DNA from: Rhodothermales bacterium | GTDB taxonomy: Bacteria > Bacteroidota > Rhodothermia > Rhodothermales > JANQRZ01 | Assembly (NCBI GenBank): GCA_039944855.1 | Contig: JBDUXZ010000005.1 | Span: 500,676 to 564,675, forward strand | Length of the DNA: 64,000 nt | Direction: 5' to 3' | The notes under the pieces: model-generated | What the model was told of the DNA's origin: nothing | What the model saw: the letters and a program-made list of their open reading frames with translations, nothing else | The model's database searches: none | Program-made: the position numbers and the translations under genes | In this document: one piece after another, positions 50,692 to 59,449 of the stretch | How the letters are laid out: each line of letters opens with the position of its first letter | Numbering within the stretch: position 1 is the stretch's first letter

Positions 50692-50925
50692 ATGGCAAGC
50701 AAACCTTGGTTCGCCTCCACCGGCCCGCTCTGGCTAGTCGCCGTCGGCCTCGCCCTCATCGGCGTGATGCTCCTCGCGTTCCTCGCGCCGCGGATCTTCG
50801 GGCTCGAAGAGACGAGTTGGTGGGTGACCGTCGCCGTCGGCGTCGTGATCGGGGCGGCCGTCGTGATCTTCGGCTACGCCAAGCGCGACTCCGGCGACGC
50901 GGATGTGACGACGCCCGAGCACTGA
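50692..50925 (+). CDS. small hypothetical membrane protein (77 aa, 2 TM)
   Basis: GPLWLVAVGLALIGVMLLAFL and WWVTVAVGVVIGAAVVIFGY. Confidence 0.55.
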   Translation: MASKPWFASTGPLWLVAVGLALIGVMLLAFLAPRIFGLEETSWWVTVAVGVVIGAAVVIFGYAKRDSGDADVTTPEH

Positions 50926-51001
50926 ATCCTCCTACGCGGACCGAGCGGCGCGACCGGACCGGAAGCGCTTCCCGACGCCGCCCCTGTGACTGCCCCGACC
51001 T

Positions 51002-51844
51002 ATGCTAGACGATAAGATCGCCGCCCCCGCCGTAGCTCCCGAAAAAGAGAACTACGTGTCCGCGTATGAAAAAGAGGGCGTTGGGGATGTGGACCCGCGC
51101 TGCATCCCGCACGACCTCCAGGGCACGCCGCCGATCGGTGACGAGATCGCCCCGCCGACGTATCCGCAGGGCGACCACGACACGTGGAATTTCCTCTTCG
51201 ACCGGCAGATGGAACTGCTGCCCGGCCGCGCCAGCGAGACGTACCTCGAAGGCGTCCACAAGCTCGGCCTCTCGAACGACGGCATCCCCGCGCTCCGCGA
51301 CCTCAGCCGCGTCCTCGACCGGACGACGGGGTGGAAGGTGGCCCGCATCCCCGGCCTCCTCCACGAGCGCGACTTCTTCCGCCTCCTCTCTGACCGGCTG
51401 TTCCCCTCCACCGACTACATCCGCGGGCCTGAAGAGCTCGACTATACGCCCGCGCCCGACATGTTTCACGACATCTTCGGGCACATGCCGACGCTCACGC
51501 AGCCGGCCTTCGCCGACTTCTACCAGCTCTTTGGCCGCGCCGCGCTCGGTGCGAAAGGCGTGGACCGCCAGAGCCTCGAACGCTTCCACTGGTTCACCGT
51601 CGAGTTCGGCCTCGTCGCGGACCCCGCCGGGTACCGCATCTTCGGCGCGGGCGTCATGTCGTCGAAGGGGGAGGTCCTGCACGCGCTCTCGGACAACGTA
51701 GAGCACCGACCGTTCTCGCCCGAAGCCGTCATCAGTCAGGACTACGACGTGTGGCACCTCCAGCCGATCCTCTTCGTGCTCGAATCGTTCGAGCAGCTCG
51801 TCGAGGAGTTCGAGGGGTGGGCGAAGAGCCGGGGCCTGCTCTGA
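51002..51844 (+). CDS. phhA: phenylalanine 4-monooxygenase
   Basis: PDMFHDIFGHMPTL (iron-binding His pair), FHWFTVEFGLV and GAGVMSSKGE. Confidence 0.9.
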   Translation: MLDDKIAAPAVAPEKENYVSAYEKEGVGDVDPRCIPHDLQGTPPIGDEIAPPTYPQGDHDTWNFLFDRQMELLPGRASETYLEGVHKLGLSNDGIPALRDLSRVLDRTTGWKVARIPGLLHERDFFRLLSDRLFPSTDYIRGPEELDYTPAPDMFHDIFGHMPTLTQPAFADFYQLFGRAALGAKGVDRQSLERFHWFTVEFGLVADPAGYRIFGAGVMSSKGEVLHALSDNVEHRPFSPEAVISQDYDVWHLQPILFVLESFEQLVEEFEGWAKSRGLL

Positions 51845-51977
51845 AGCGGAACTTGGTGGGAGTGCGCGGATACTTCGCGGGAGCCGCTCGGGTCGTTTCT
51901 CGGGCGGCTTCTCTATTTTCTCCGCCCGATATCTCCCCTTGGGGTATCCTCCCCCCACCAGCCGTCCCCCTCTGTTG

Positions 51978-52319
51978 ATGACCGCGCCTGCCGCCGTGAT
52001 GACCGACCCTGCCCCCAGCCCCTCCTCCGATCTAACCGGTGGGGAGGAACGTCTCGTCGCCGAAGTGCACGGGCTCGTGCAGGGCGTGGGGTTCCGCTAC
52101 TTCACGCGCGGCGTCGCGCGCAAGCTGAACCTCAAGGGCTTCGTCCGCAACGACCCCGACGGCGTCGTCACTGTCGTCGCCGAGGGCCGCCGGGCCGACC
52201 TCGACGCCCTCCTCGACGCGCTCCACGACGGGCCCGACCTCGCCGAAGTCGACACGGTGGACGAGGTCTGGGAGGCCCCGCGCGGCCGCTTCGACGCCTT
52301 CTCCATCGCGTACTACTAG
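51978..52319 (+). CDS. acyP: acylphosphatase
   Basis: VHGLVQGVGFRYFTRGVARKLNLKGFVRNDPDGVV. The start at ATG 51978 is inferred, and the N-terminal extension is unusual for this family. Confidence 0.83.
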   Translation: MTAPAAVMTDPAPSPSSDLTGGEERLVAEVHGLVQGVGFRYFTRGVARKLNLKGFVRNDPDGVVTVVAEGRRADLDALLDALHDGPDLAEVDTVDEVWEAPRGRFDAFSIAYY

Positions 52320-52358
52320 CCTCGGCCCGGCTTCCGCCGACCCCTCGCCCCGCCCCGC

Positions 52359-52994
52359 ATGGACTACCGCCGCGCCCTCGTGCTCGCCCCCCACACCGAC
52401 GACGCGGAGCTAGGCTGCGGCGGCACGATGGCCCGCCTGCTCGAAGGTGGCACCGAGGTCCACGTGATGGTCTTCTCGACGGCCAGCGACTCGCTCCCCG
52501 ACGACAAGCCGCCGGACACGCTGAAGCAGGAGTTCTACGCCGCCGCCGAGACGCTCGGCATCCCCGAGGAGCGGTGCTACGTGTACGACTACCGCGTCCG
52601 CCGCCTCTCGTACTCGCGGCAGGAGGTGCTCGAAGAGATGGTCCGCATCCGCCGCCAGGTCGACCCCGACCTCGTGCTTCTGCCGTCGGGGAACGACCTC
52701 CATCAGGATCACCAAGTCGTCCACGCCGAAGGGCTGCGGGCATTCAAAGACGTGACCGTCCTCGGCTACGAGCTGCCGTGGAACCACATCACGTTCGACG
52801 CTACGGCGTTCGTCACGCTCGAACCGCGCCACCTCGACGCGAAGTGGGCGGCGATGCAGGCGTACCGCTCGCAGTTCGATCTCGGCCGGCCGTACTTCAA
52901 GCGCGACTTCATGGACGGGCTCGCTCGCGTGCGCGGGACGCAGGTGAAGGTCGAGATCGCCGAGGCGTTCGAAGTCTTGCGGATCAAGCTGTGA
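52359..52994 (+). CDS. PIG-L/LmbE-family N-acetylglucosaminyl deacetylase
   Basis: ALVLAPHTDDAELGCGGTMARL, and HQDHQVVHAEG, a probable zinc-ligand region. Confidence 0.85.
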   Translation: MDYRRALVLAPHTDDAELGCGGTMARLLEGGTEVHVMVFSTASDSLPDDKPPDTLKQEFYAAAETLGIPEERCYVYDYRVRRLSYSRQEVLEEMVRIRRQVDPDLVLLPSGNDLHQDHQVVHAEGLRAFKDVTVLGYELPWNHITFDATAFVTLEPRHLDAKWAAMQAYRSQFDLGRPYFKRDFMDGLARVRGTQVKVEIAEAFEVLRIKL

Positions 52995-54058
52995 GCGCGC
53001 TCCGCATCCTCGTCACGGGCGTGGGCGCACCCGGCATCCGTGGCACGCTCTACGCGCTGCGGCAGGGCGACCGGCCGATCTACACCGTCGGGACGGACCT
53101 CAGCGAGCGCGCCGTGGGCCGCCTGCTCACCGACGCGTTTTACACCGTTCCGCCGCCGGAGGCACCGCACTACCTCGACGCGCTCCGGCTCATCTGCCGC
53201 GCCGAACGCATCGACGTGCTGATCCCGCAGACGACGCGCGAGATCGCCGTGCTCTCGCGCTTCCGCGACGACTTCGGCGACACCCGCGTCCTCGTGAGCG
53301 GGGCGGACGCCGTCGCGGCGGCGAACGATAAAGGCGCGGTGCTGCAGGCGTTCGAATCGCTCGGCCTGCCGGTCCCGGCGTATCGCACGACGCAGAGTGA
53401 GAGCGAGTTGATCGAAGCTGCCGAAGCGCTCGGCTATCCCGGGCGCGCGGTGGTCGTGAAGCCGCCCGTGTCGAACGGGATGCGCGGGCTCCGCGTGCTG
53501 CGCGAGGGGGCGTGGGACACCCGCCGCTTCCTCGCCGAGAAACCGAGCGGGATTGACCTCGCGCTCGACGACCTACTCGCCATCTTCCGGCGAGGGCAGG
53601 AGCGCGGCGACGACTGGCAGGCGCTGCTCGTGACCGAATACCTGCCCGGCCCCGAATATTCCGTCGATGCCTTCCGTGGGAGCCGGTTCGCCGTCGCCCT
53701 CCCGCGCCGTCGCGACGCGGTCCGCAGCGGGATCTCGTTCGAGACGACGGGGCTGCCCGAGCGCGCCGACCTCATCGAACCGACGCTGCGGGCGGCCGAG
53801 CACCTCGGGCTGGAATACGCCTTCGGCTTCCAGTTCAAAGACGACGCCGACGGCGCGCCGAAGGTGCTGGAGTGCAACCCGCGCGTGCAGGGGACGATGG
53901 TGGCGAGCGTCTTCGGCGGCGTCAACCCGATCTGGCTCGGCGTGCAGGAAGTGCTCGGCGAGCCGCCCGACGCCCTCCCCGCACCGCCGGAAGCCACGTT
54001 CTTTCAGCGATACTGGGGCGGGATCGGCATGCGCGGCGACAGCGCCTTCGAGATATGA
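52991..54058 (+). CDS. ATP-grasp ligase (pre-ATP-grasp Rossmann plus ATP-grasp fold)
   Basis: From GTG 52991, overlapping the upstream TGA (GTGA): RILVTGVGAPGIRGTLYAL, AVVVKPPVSNGMRGLRVL, LVTEYLPGPEYSVD and VLECNPRVQGT. Confidence 0.8.
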   Translation: MSALRILVTGVGAPGIRGTLYALRQGDRPIYTVGTDLSERAVGRLLTDAFYTVPPPEAPHYLDALRLICRAERIDVLIPQTTREIAVLSRFRDDFGDTRVLVSGADAVAAANDKGAVLQAFESLGLPVPAYRTTQSESELIEAAEALGYPGRAVVVKPPVSNGMRGLRVLREGAWDTRRFLAEKPSGIDLALDDLLAIFRRGQERGDDWQALLVTEYLPGPEYSVDAFRGSRFAVALPRRRDAVRSGISFETTGLPERADLIEPTLRAAEHLGLEYAFGFQFKDDADGAPKVLECNPRVQGTMVASVFGGVNPIWLGVQEVLGEPPDALPAPPEATFFQRYWGGIGMRGDSAFEI

Positions 54059-54684
54059 CCGACCTCTTCGCCGGCCGCGTCCTCTTCCACTGCCACACGA
54101 GTCACACCGATGGGCGGCCGACGGTGGACGACTACGTCTGCTACGCCGCCGAGCACGGGATCGAGCGCGTCGTCTTCCTCGAACACATCCGCCGCGTGCC
54201 GAGCTACGACGTGCCCGCGTTCGCCGACGAGGTGCGCGCGAGCGGCGAGCGCCACGGCGTTCCGACGAACGTCGGGTTCGAAGCTAAAGTGCTGCCGGGC
54301 GGCGAACTCGACATCGCGGACGAGCACCTCGCCCTCGCGGATGTGACCGGGATCGCCGAGCACGGATTCCCGGACGACGCGGCGTTGTGGGAGGCGTCGC
54401 TCCGGCAGGCGTTCGAGACGTACGGTGGCGATGCCGCGCGCCCGGCGGTGTGGGTCCACCCCGGCCTGTGGCTCCGAAAGACGCGGCGGCTTGACGCGCT
54501 TCGCGGCACGTACGAAGCCCTGCTCGGCGCGGCGCAAGACGCGGGCGTGTTCGTCGAGCAGAACGCGCGCTACGGCCTGCTCACCGACGACGACCGCGCG
54601 CTCGTTCGCCCCGCATCGCTCGTGCGCGGTGCCGACGCCCACCGCCTCGCCGACGTCGCCGCGTTTTTCGACGCGACGGGCTGA
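54055..54684 (+). CDS. PHP-family metal-dependent phosphoesterase (HisJ-like)
   Basis: From ATG 54055, overlapping the upstream TGA (ATGA): VLFHCHTSHTDG, RVVFLEHI, GFEAKV and GADAHRL. Confidence 0.65.
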   Translation: MTDLFAGRVLFHCHTSHTDGRPTVDDYVCYAAEHGIERVVFLEHIRRVPSYDVPAFADEVRASGERHGVPTNVGFEAKVLPGGELDIADEHLALADVTGIAEHGFPDDAALWEASLRQAFETYGGDAARPAVWVHPGLWLRKTRRLDALRGTYEALLGAAQDAGVFVEQNARYGLLTDDDRALVRPASLVRGADAHRLADVAAFFDATG

Positions 54685-54685
54685 G

Positions 54686-55462
54686 CTACTGCATCATCCG
54701 CTTCCCGACTTCGAGGATCACCTTCTTCGGCACGAAGCGGGTGGCGAAGGCCATGACGCTGTTGAGCGCGCCGCTGACCGTCGATCGCTCGTTCTTCAGG
54801 AGCGCTTCGAGGCCGACGCGGGCGACCTTCTCCGGCGTCTCGGCGGGGCGACCGCCCGGGGCTCCGTCCATGTCGGCTGCATCGAAGAAGCCCGTGGACG
54901 TCGGGCCGGGGCAGAGGGCGGTGACGGCGACGCCTGTGCCAGCGACCTCGGCGTGGAGGGCCTCAGTGAACGAGAGGACGAACGCCTTCGACGCGGCGTA
55001 GACGGCGAAGTGGGGGACGGGCTGGAAGGCGGCCGTCGAGGCCACGTTGAGCACGCCGCCCGTGCCGCGCTCGATCATCGCCGGGAGGAACAGCCGCGTG
55101 AGCGCGACGAGGTTCGTCACGTTCAGCGTCACCATCGACTCGTACACCCCGGCCTCGTAGTCGAGGAACGCGCCGAGCTTCCCGAAGCCGGCGTTGTTGA
55201 CGAGCACGTCGACCTCGTGGCCGGCGGCGGTGACTTTGTCGAAGAGCGCCTGCGCCGCGCCCGGCGTGCCGAGGTCGTGGGCGATGACGGTCGCTTCGCC
55301 GCCGCGGCTGCGGAACTCGTCGGCGAGCGCGTTCAGGCGACCTTCGGAACGGGCGGAGAGGAGGACGTGGGCGCCGTCGCGAGCGAGCTGCCGGGCGATG
55401 GCTTCGCCGATGCCGAGCGAGGCGCCGGTGACGAGGACGGTGCGGCCGTGGTACGAAGTCAT
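54686..55462 (-). CDS. SDR-family oxidoreductase
   Basis: From ATG 55462: MTSYHGRTVLVTGASLGIGEAIA, NNAG and YAASKAF. It is convergent with the PHP gene, with 1 nt between stops. Confidence 0.88.
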   Translation of the reverse strand: MTSYHGRTVLVTGASLGIGEAIARQLARDGAHVLLSARSEGRLNALADEFRSRGGEATVIAHDLGTPGAAQALFDKVTAAGHEVDVLVNNAGFGKLGAFLDYEAGVYESMVTLNVTNLVALTRLFLPAMIERGTGGVLNVASTAAFQPVPHFAVYAASKAFVLSFTEALHAEVAGTGVAVTALCPGPTSTGFFDAADMDGAPGGRPAETPEKVARVGLEALLKNERSTVSGALNSVMAFATRFVPKKVILEVGKRMMQ

Positions 55463-55575
55463 TACCAAAAGGGGGAGAGGAGGGGAGCCCGCGATTGGGC
55501 AGAGGAGACGTATGTTATCTGGCGTGGTCTTCTATTCCCCGAACCGGCCCGTTTGATCCCATCTCGTTTGATCCC

Positions 55576-56457
55576 ATGACGACCCGGCGAGCCCTCTTGG
55601 ACGAAGCGGCGGTGCGGCTTTCCGACGCCGGCATCGAAAACGCCCGGCGCAACGCCGAGTGGATGCTCGAAGGTGCGCTCGGCCTCGACCGCACGACGCT
55701 CCTCGCGAACCTCGGCGAGCCGGTGACGGCCGAGGAGCGCGCGGCGTTCGACGCCCTTGTCGCGCGCCGCCTCGGCCGCGAGCCATTGCAATACGTCGTC
55801 GGCCACGCCGATTTCTACGGGCTCCGGCTCCGCGTGACGCCCGCCGTGCTCATCCCACGCCCCGAGACCGAGGAGGTCGTCGAAGCCGCACTCGGGCACC
55901 TCCGGGCCGTGAAAACGCCCTGGGTCCTCGATATGGGGACGGGCAGCGGCGCGATCGCGCTCGCTCTCAAGCACGAGCGGCCCGACGCCGAGGTCTTCGC
56001 CTGCGACATCTCCGAGGACGCCCTCGCGATTGCCGCCCACAACGCCGAGCGGCTCGCCCTCGACGTGTCGTTCGTCCACGCCGATGCCCTCGCGCCAGCC
56101 TTCGTCGAGGGTGTCCCCGCGTGCTTCGACGCGCTCGTCTCGAACCCGCCCTACGTCCCCGACGGCGAGGCCGCGACGCTCGAACCGGAGGTCCGCGACT
56201 TCGAGCCGTCGGCGGCCCTCTTCGCGGGCGACGACCCGCTCCTGCACTACCGCGCCATCACCGGCCACGCCGCGCGCGTGCTCAAGCCCGGCGGCCTCCT
56301 CCTCTTCGAGACCCACACCGACTACGCCGACGCCGTCTGCGCGCTCCTCGCCGAGAGCGGCTACACCGACACCGCCGTGAAATCCGACCTCTCCGGCCGC
56401 CCCCGCATCGTGTGGGGCTGGAAGGGCGACGAGGTTCGAGCGACGAACGGCGAGTGA
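55576..56457 (+). CDS. prmC: peptide chain release factor N5-glutamine methyltransferase
   Basis: From ATG 55576: EPLQYVVGHADFYGL, LIPRPETE, LDMGTGSGAIA and VSNPPYV. Confidence 0.9.
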   Translation: MTTRRALLDEAAVRLSDAGIENARRNAEWMLEGALGLDRTTLLANLGEPVTAEERAAFDALVARRLGREPLQYVVGHADFYGLRLRVTPAVLIPRPETEEVVEAALGHLRAVKTPWVLDMGTGSGAIALALKHERPDAEVFACDISEDALAIAAHNAERLALDVSFVHADALAPAFVEGVPACFDALVSNPPYVPDGEAATLEPEVRDFEPSAALFAGDDPLLHYRAITGHAARVLKPGGLLLFETHTDYADAVCALLAESGYTDTAVKSDLSGRPRIVWGWKGDEVRATNGE

Positions 56458-56482
56458 TAAACGACGGTTATGCCACCTGCCG

Positions 56483-56896
56483 ATGATTCTCGCGCCACAC
56501 CAGCTTCCTTTCGCCTCCGCCGCGATCTTCGGCGTGGCCGCTCTCGCGTTCTCGTTTGCCCCTCTGCTCTTCGACGAGTTTGCTCTTCCCGTTGACTCAG
56601 CGCTGATCGCGCTTTTCGCCGTTCCGCCAGCCCTCCTCGGGGGCTACTTCGCGGGGCGCCATCTCAGCGCGGAAGCGCACGTCGCAGGCCGAGTCTACTT
56701 CGCGCTCACTGGCGCGCTCGTCGCTGTACTGTCGGCGCTCACCGCTGCGGTTTTCCTGTTGGCCTTGCTCTTCGCTTCGGAGGGGTTTGAATCTGTCCTT
56801 CCTGCGCTCGGCTACGGTATGGCATTCGGGCTTCTCGCTTCGCCGTTCGGTACCGTTGCCGGTCTGCTCCTTCGCCCACTCGCGCCAGAGTGCTAG
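56483..56896 (+). CDS. hypothetical membrane protein (137 aa, about 4 TM)
   Basis: Hydrophobic segments are present throughout. It has more T-ending codons than its neighbours. No family was recognised. Confidence 0.55.
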   Translation: MILAPHQLPFASAAIFGVAALAFSFAPLLFDEFALPVDSALIALFAVPPALLGGYFAGRHLSAEAHVAGRVYFALTGALVAVLSALTAAVFLLALLFASEGFESVLPALGYGMAFGLLASPFGTVAGLLLRPLAPEC

Positions 56897-56951
56897 TTCC
56901 CAGCCGCAGAACCCGCTCTCTGTCGCAGGCCGGCCGCACGCGTGCTCCCCG

Positions 56952-57863
56952 CTATCCCATCGCGCCCTGCGCCATGGCGGCAGCTTCGCGGAATAGGATC
57001 GCGTGGAGGTCGGCGGTCTCCTCGGGCGTCGCCGCGTAGCCGCCGGAGAGGAGGAGGCAGAGCGGCAGTCCCCGCTCCAGCACGGACTCGATGACGAAGC
57101 GGTCGCGCGCCGCGATCCCTTCGCGCGAGAGGGCGAGCCGGCCGAAGCGGTCGTCGCGCCGCACGTCGATGCCGCCGAGGTAGAACACGAGGTCGGGCGC
57201 GGTAGCGTCGAGCACGCCGGGCAGGTGGCGGGCGAGCGTGGCGAGGTAGTCGGCGTCGCCGGTGCCGTCGGGGAGGGGCACGTCGAGCGAGGAGGGCGGC
57301 TTGCGGAAGGGGTAGTTCTTCGCGCCGTGCATCGAGAACGTGAACACGGCCGGGTCGTCGGCGAAGAACGCGGCGTTGCCGTTGCCCTGATGCACGTCGA
57401 GGTCGACGATGAGCGCGCGGCGGAGCCAGCGCGAGCGTTCGAGCACGCGGATGGCGACGGCCACGTCGTTGAGCACGCAGAAGCCCTCGGCGTGGCCGGG
57501 CATGGCGTGGTGCGTCCCACCGGCGAGATTCCCCGCGAGCCCGTCGTGGAGCGCCATGAAGGCGGCGTTGATCGTCCCCTGCACGGCGAGGCGGGAGCGG
57601 CGCACGAGCGCCGGGCTCCACGGCAGCCCCATCCGCCGCTCCTCGTGGCGGCTCTGCGTCCCCGTCGCCAGCTTGTCGAGGTAGCTGCGGGTGTGGACGA
57701 GCAGCAGGTCTGACCAGTCGGCCTCGCGCGGCGCGATCACCTCGTCGGGCCGGATGAGGCCTTCGGCGAGCAGGAGCCGGTGCAGCGCCGGGAATTTCCC
57801 CATCGGGAACGGGTGGCGCGGCGGGAGCGGGACGAAATAGTCGGGGCCGTACGAGACGCGCAT
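56952..57863 (-). CDS. histone deacetylase-family (class II-like / AcuC-type) deacetylase
   Basis: From ATG 57863: MRVSYGPDYF..., AGGTHHAMPGHAEGFCVLNDVAVA, IVDLDVHQGNG and GGID. The track start at 57905 reads through a repeat arm. Confidence 0.85.
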   Translation of the reverse strand: MRVSYGPDYFVPLPPRHPFPMGKFPALHRLLLAEGLIRPDEVIAPREADWSDLLLVHTRSYLDKLATGTQSRHEERRMGLPWSPALVRRSRLAVQGTINAAFMALHDGLAGNLAGGTHHAMPGHAEGFCVLNDVAVAIRVLERSRWLRRALIVDLDVHQGNGNAAFFADDPAVFTFSMHGAKNYPFRKPPSSLDVPLPDGTGDADYLATLARHLPGVLDATAPDLVFYLGGIDVRRDDRFGRLALSREGIAARDRFVIESVLERGLPLCLLLSGGYAATPEETADLHAILFREAAAMAQGAMG

Positions 57864-57872
57864 GGGGCAGAG

Positions 57873-58123
57873 GTCGTGGGTTAGAGGTTCTGGGTCCGGG
57901 GTCACAACTCACAACCTCCTGCTCTATTGAGAAGCTCGAAGGGATGTCATCCTGAGCGGAGGCCGCAGGCCGGAGTCGAAGGATCTTTCCGGGGAAGACC
58001 GCAGCAGGCTGTCGAAACTGTGCCCGCAGAGATCCCTCGGCTCCACTCCGTTCCGCTCGGGATGACAACGTGGAGAGTTTCTCAACAGAGCAACGACCTC
58101 TAACTCACGACCCCGAACCTCCC
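57873..58123. repeat. ~250-bp nested inverted-repeat (long imperfect hairpin) element
   Basis: Four arm pairs were found. 57873..57889 pairs with 58095..58111 (GTCGTGGGTTAGAGGTT vs rc GTCGTGAGTTAGAGGTC). 57920..57933 pairs with 58079..58092 (TGCTCTATTGAGAA vs rc TGCTCTGTTGAGAA). 57946..57959 pairs with 58053..58066 (GTCATCCTGAGCGG vs rc GTCATCCCGAGCGG). 57972..57985 pairs with 58031..58044. The right arm includes the last codons and stop of the glycosyltransferase gene. Confidence 0.8.
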
Positions 58124-59367
58124 AGCAGGCGGCGGTAGACCGCGTGGAAGCGCTCCGTATCGCGCTCGGGCCGGAAGGTTTCGAACACGGCCGGCGCGTT
58201 CGCCGCCCACCGTGCCCGCGCCGCCTCGTCGCTCAGCGCTCGCCGGATCGCCGCCGCGAGGCCGTCGCGGTCGTACGGGTCCACGACGAGACCCACGTCG
58301 AAGCCGTCCACGACGCGCCGCATCTCGGGGATGTCCGCGACGACGACGGGGAGCCCGGCCGTGAGGTACTCGAACAGCTTGTTCGGGAGCGCGAGCCGGA
58401 TACTCTCCGTGATCGGCTCCGGCACGTGCACGCCGAGGTCGGCCGATGCCGTGAGGCGGAGGAGGTCGTCGGGCGGCGTGTGGGGGAGGAAGTGGGCGCG
58501 GCCGGGGAGTGCGTCGACGGCGAACCGTTGCAGGTCGGCCTTCGTCGGCCCGTCGCCGATGACGACGAGTGCGGCGTCCGGCACGTCGCGCATCCCATCG
58601 ACGAGACGTTCGAGCCCGCGCCCGGCGCGGACGAGGCCCTGATAGAGCACGATCCGCTGCGACGCGGGAATGCCGAGCCGCTCGCGCAGGGCATCGCTCC
58701 GCTCGACGGTCTGCCGCGCGGGCACGTTGTGCGTCACGATCGGCCGCGCGATGCCGTACGTCGCCGCCATCCGGTCGGCGATGCTGTCGTTGACCGTGAG
58801 CACGGCGTCGGTGCGGGGCAGGAAGCGGTGCTCGACGGCCGTCCACGCCCACCGCGCCCACGGCTTCCCGGCCGTCGCGTCGACGTGCGGATACAGCTCG
58901 CGCGCGTCGAGCAGAAGCTTCGCATCGTGGCGACGGGCGGCGGCGGCGAGGGCGGGGAGGACATAGAGGTCGCTCGCGTGATACACCGAGGCCGGGCGGG
59001 CGAGCACCGCGCGCAGAAACAGCCGGTGCGCCTGCCAGAAGAAAAGTGGCCCGCGCCCGCTCGGCCGGGGCAGCACGTGCAGCCGCACGCCGTCGGCGAT
59101 CTCGCCGGGCACCGGCTCCGGCCCGAACGTCAGCGCGTCGACGCGGAGGCCGAGGTCGTCGAGCGCCCGCAGTTGCCGCAGCGCTCGCGACGACGCCCGC
59201 ACGTCGCCGACGAGCGCGAACACGATGTCGGGCGGCGAGGGGACAAGGGGGGGAGAAGCCACGGGGACGGGGCAGCGGGCGGCGACGTAGCCGCGAGACA
59301 AGGGGTAGCGCAGCGGGCGGCGAATATACGTTGTTGAAACAATTGGCGGGATACGGGGTGCTTGCAT
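58105..59367 (-). CDS. GT4-type (GT-B) glycosyltransferase
   Basis: LLLDARELYP, IVLYQGLVRAGRGLERLV, and PNKLFEYLTAGLPVVVADIPEMRRVV, an E-x7-E-like region. The N-terminus is uncertain; the in-frame GTG at 59262 is a more compact start. Confidence 0.8.
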   Translation of the reverse strand: MQAPRIPPIVSTTYIRRPLRYPLSRGYVAARCPVPVASPPLVPSPPDIVFALVGDVRASSRALRQLRALDDLGLRVDALTFGPEPVPGEIADGVRLHVLPRPSGRGPLFFWQAHRLFLRAVLARPASVYHASDLYVLPALAAAARRHDAKLLLDARELYPHVDATAGKPWARWAWTAVEHRFLPRTDAVLTVNDSIADRMAATYGIARPIVTHNVPARQTVERSDALRERLGIPASQRIVLYQGLVRAGRGLERLVDGMRDVPDAALVVIGDGPTKADLQRFAVDALPGRAHFLPHTPPDDLLRLTASADLGVHVPEPITESIRLALPNKLFEYLTAGLPVVVADIPEMRRVVDGFDVGLVVDPYDRDGLAAAIRRALSDEAARARWAANAPAVFETFRPERDTERFHAVYRRLLGGSGS

Positions 59368-59449
59368 GACGTTCCAAATGGGGCCGGACGAACAGGTGGA
59401 CGCATCGCCGTCCCCGTAGCCGCCTTCGACTTTTTACGTTCAGCGTTGC

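Noticed and set aside
52991-54058. ATP-grasp enzyme as a graspetide ligase acting on the 62380..62571 peptide
   Set aside because: The two loci are 8 kb and many unrelated operons apart. The ligase is embedded in a deacetylase/phosphoesterase unit, and the peptide lacks known graspetide leader features.
55551-55577. Direct repeat GTTTGATCCCAT x2 overlapping the prmC start codon
   Set aside because: It is a short, single occurrence with no associated structure, and probably a trivial duplication.
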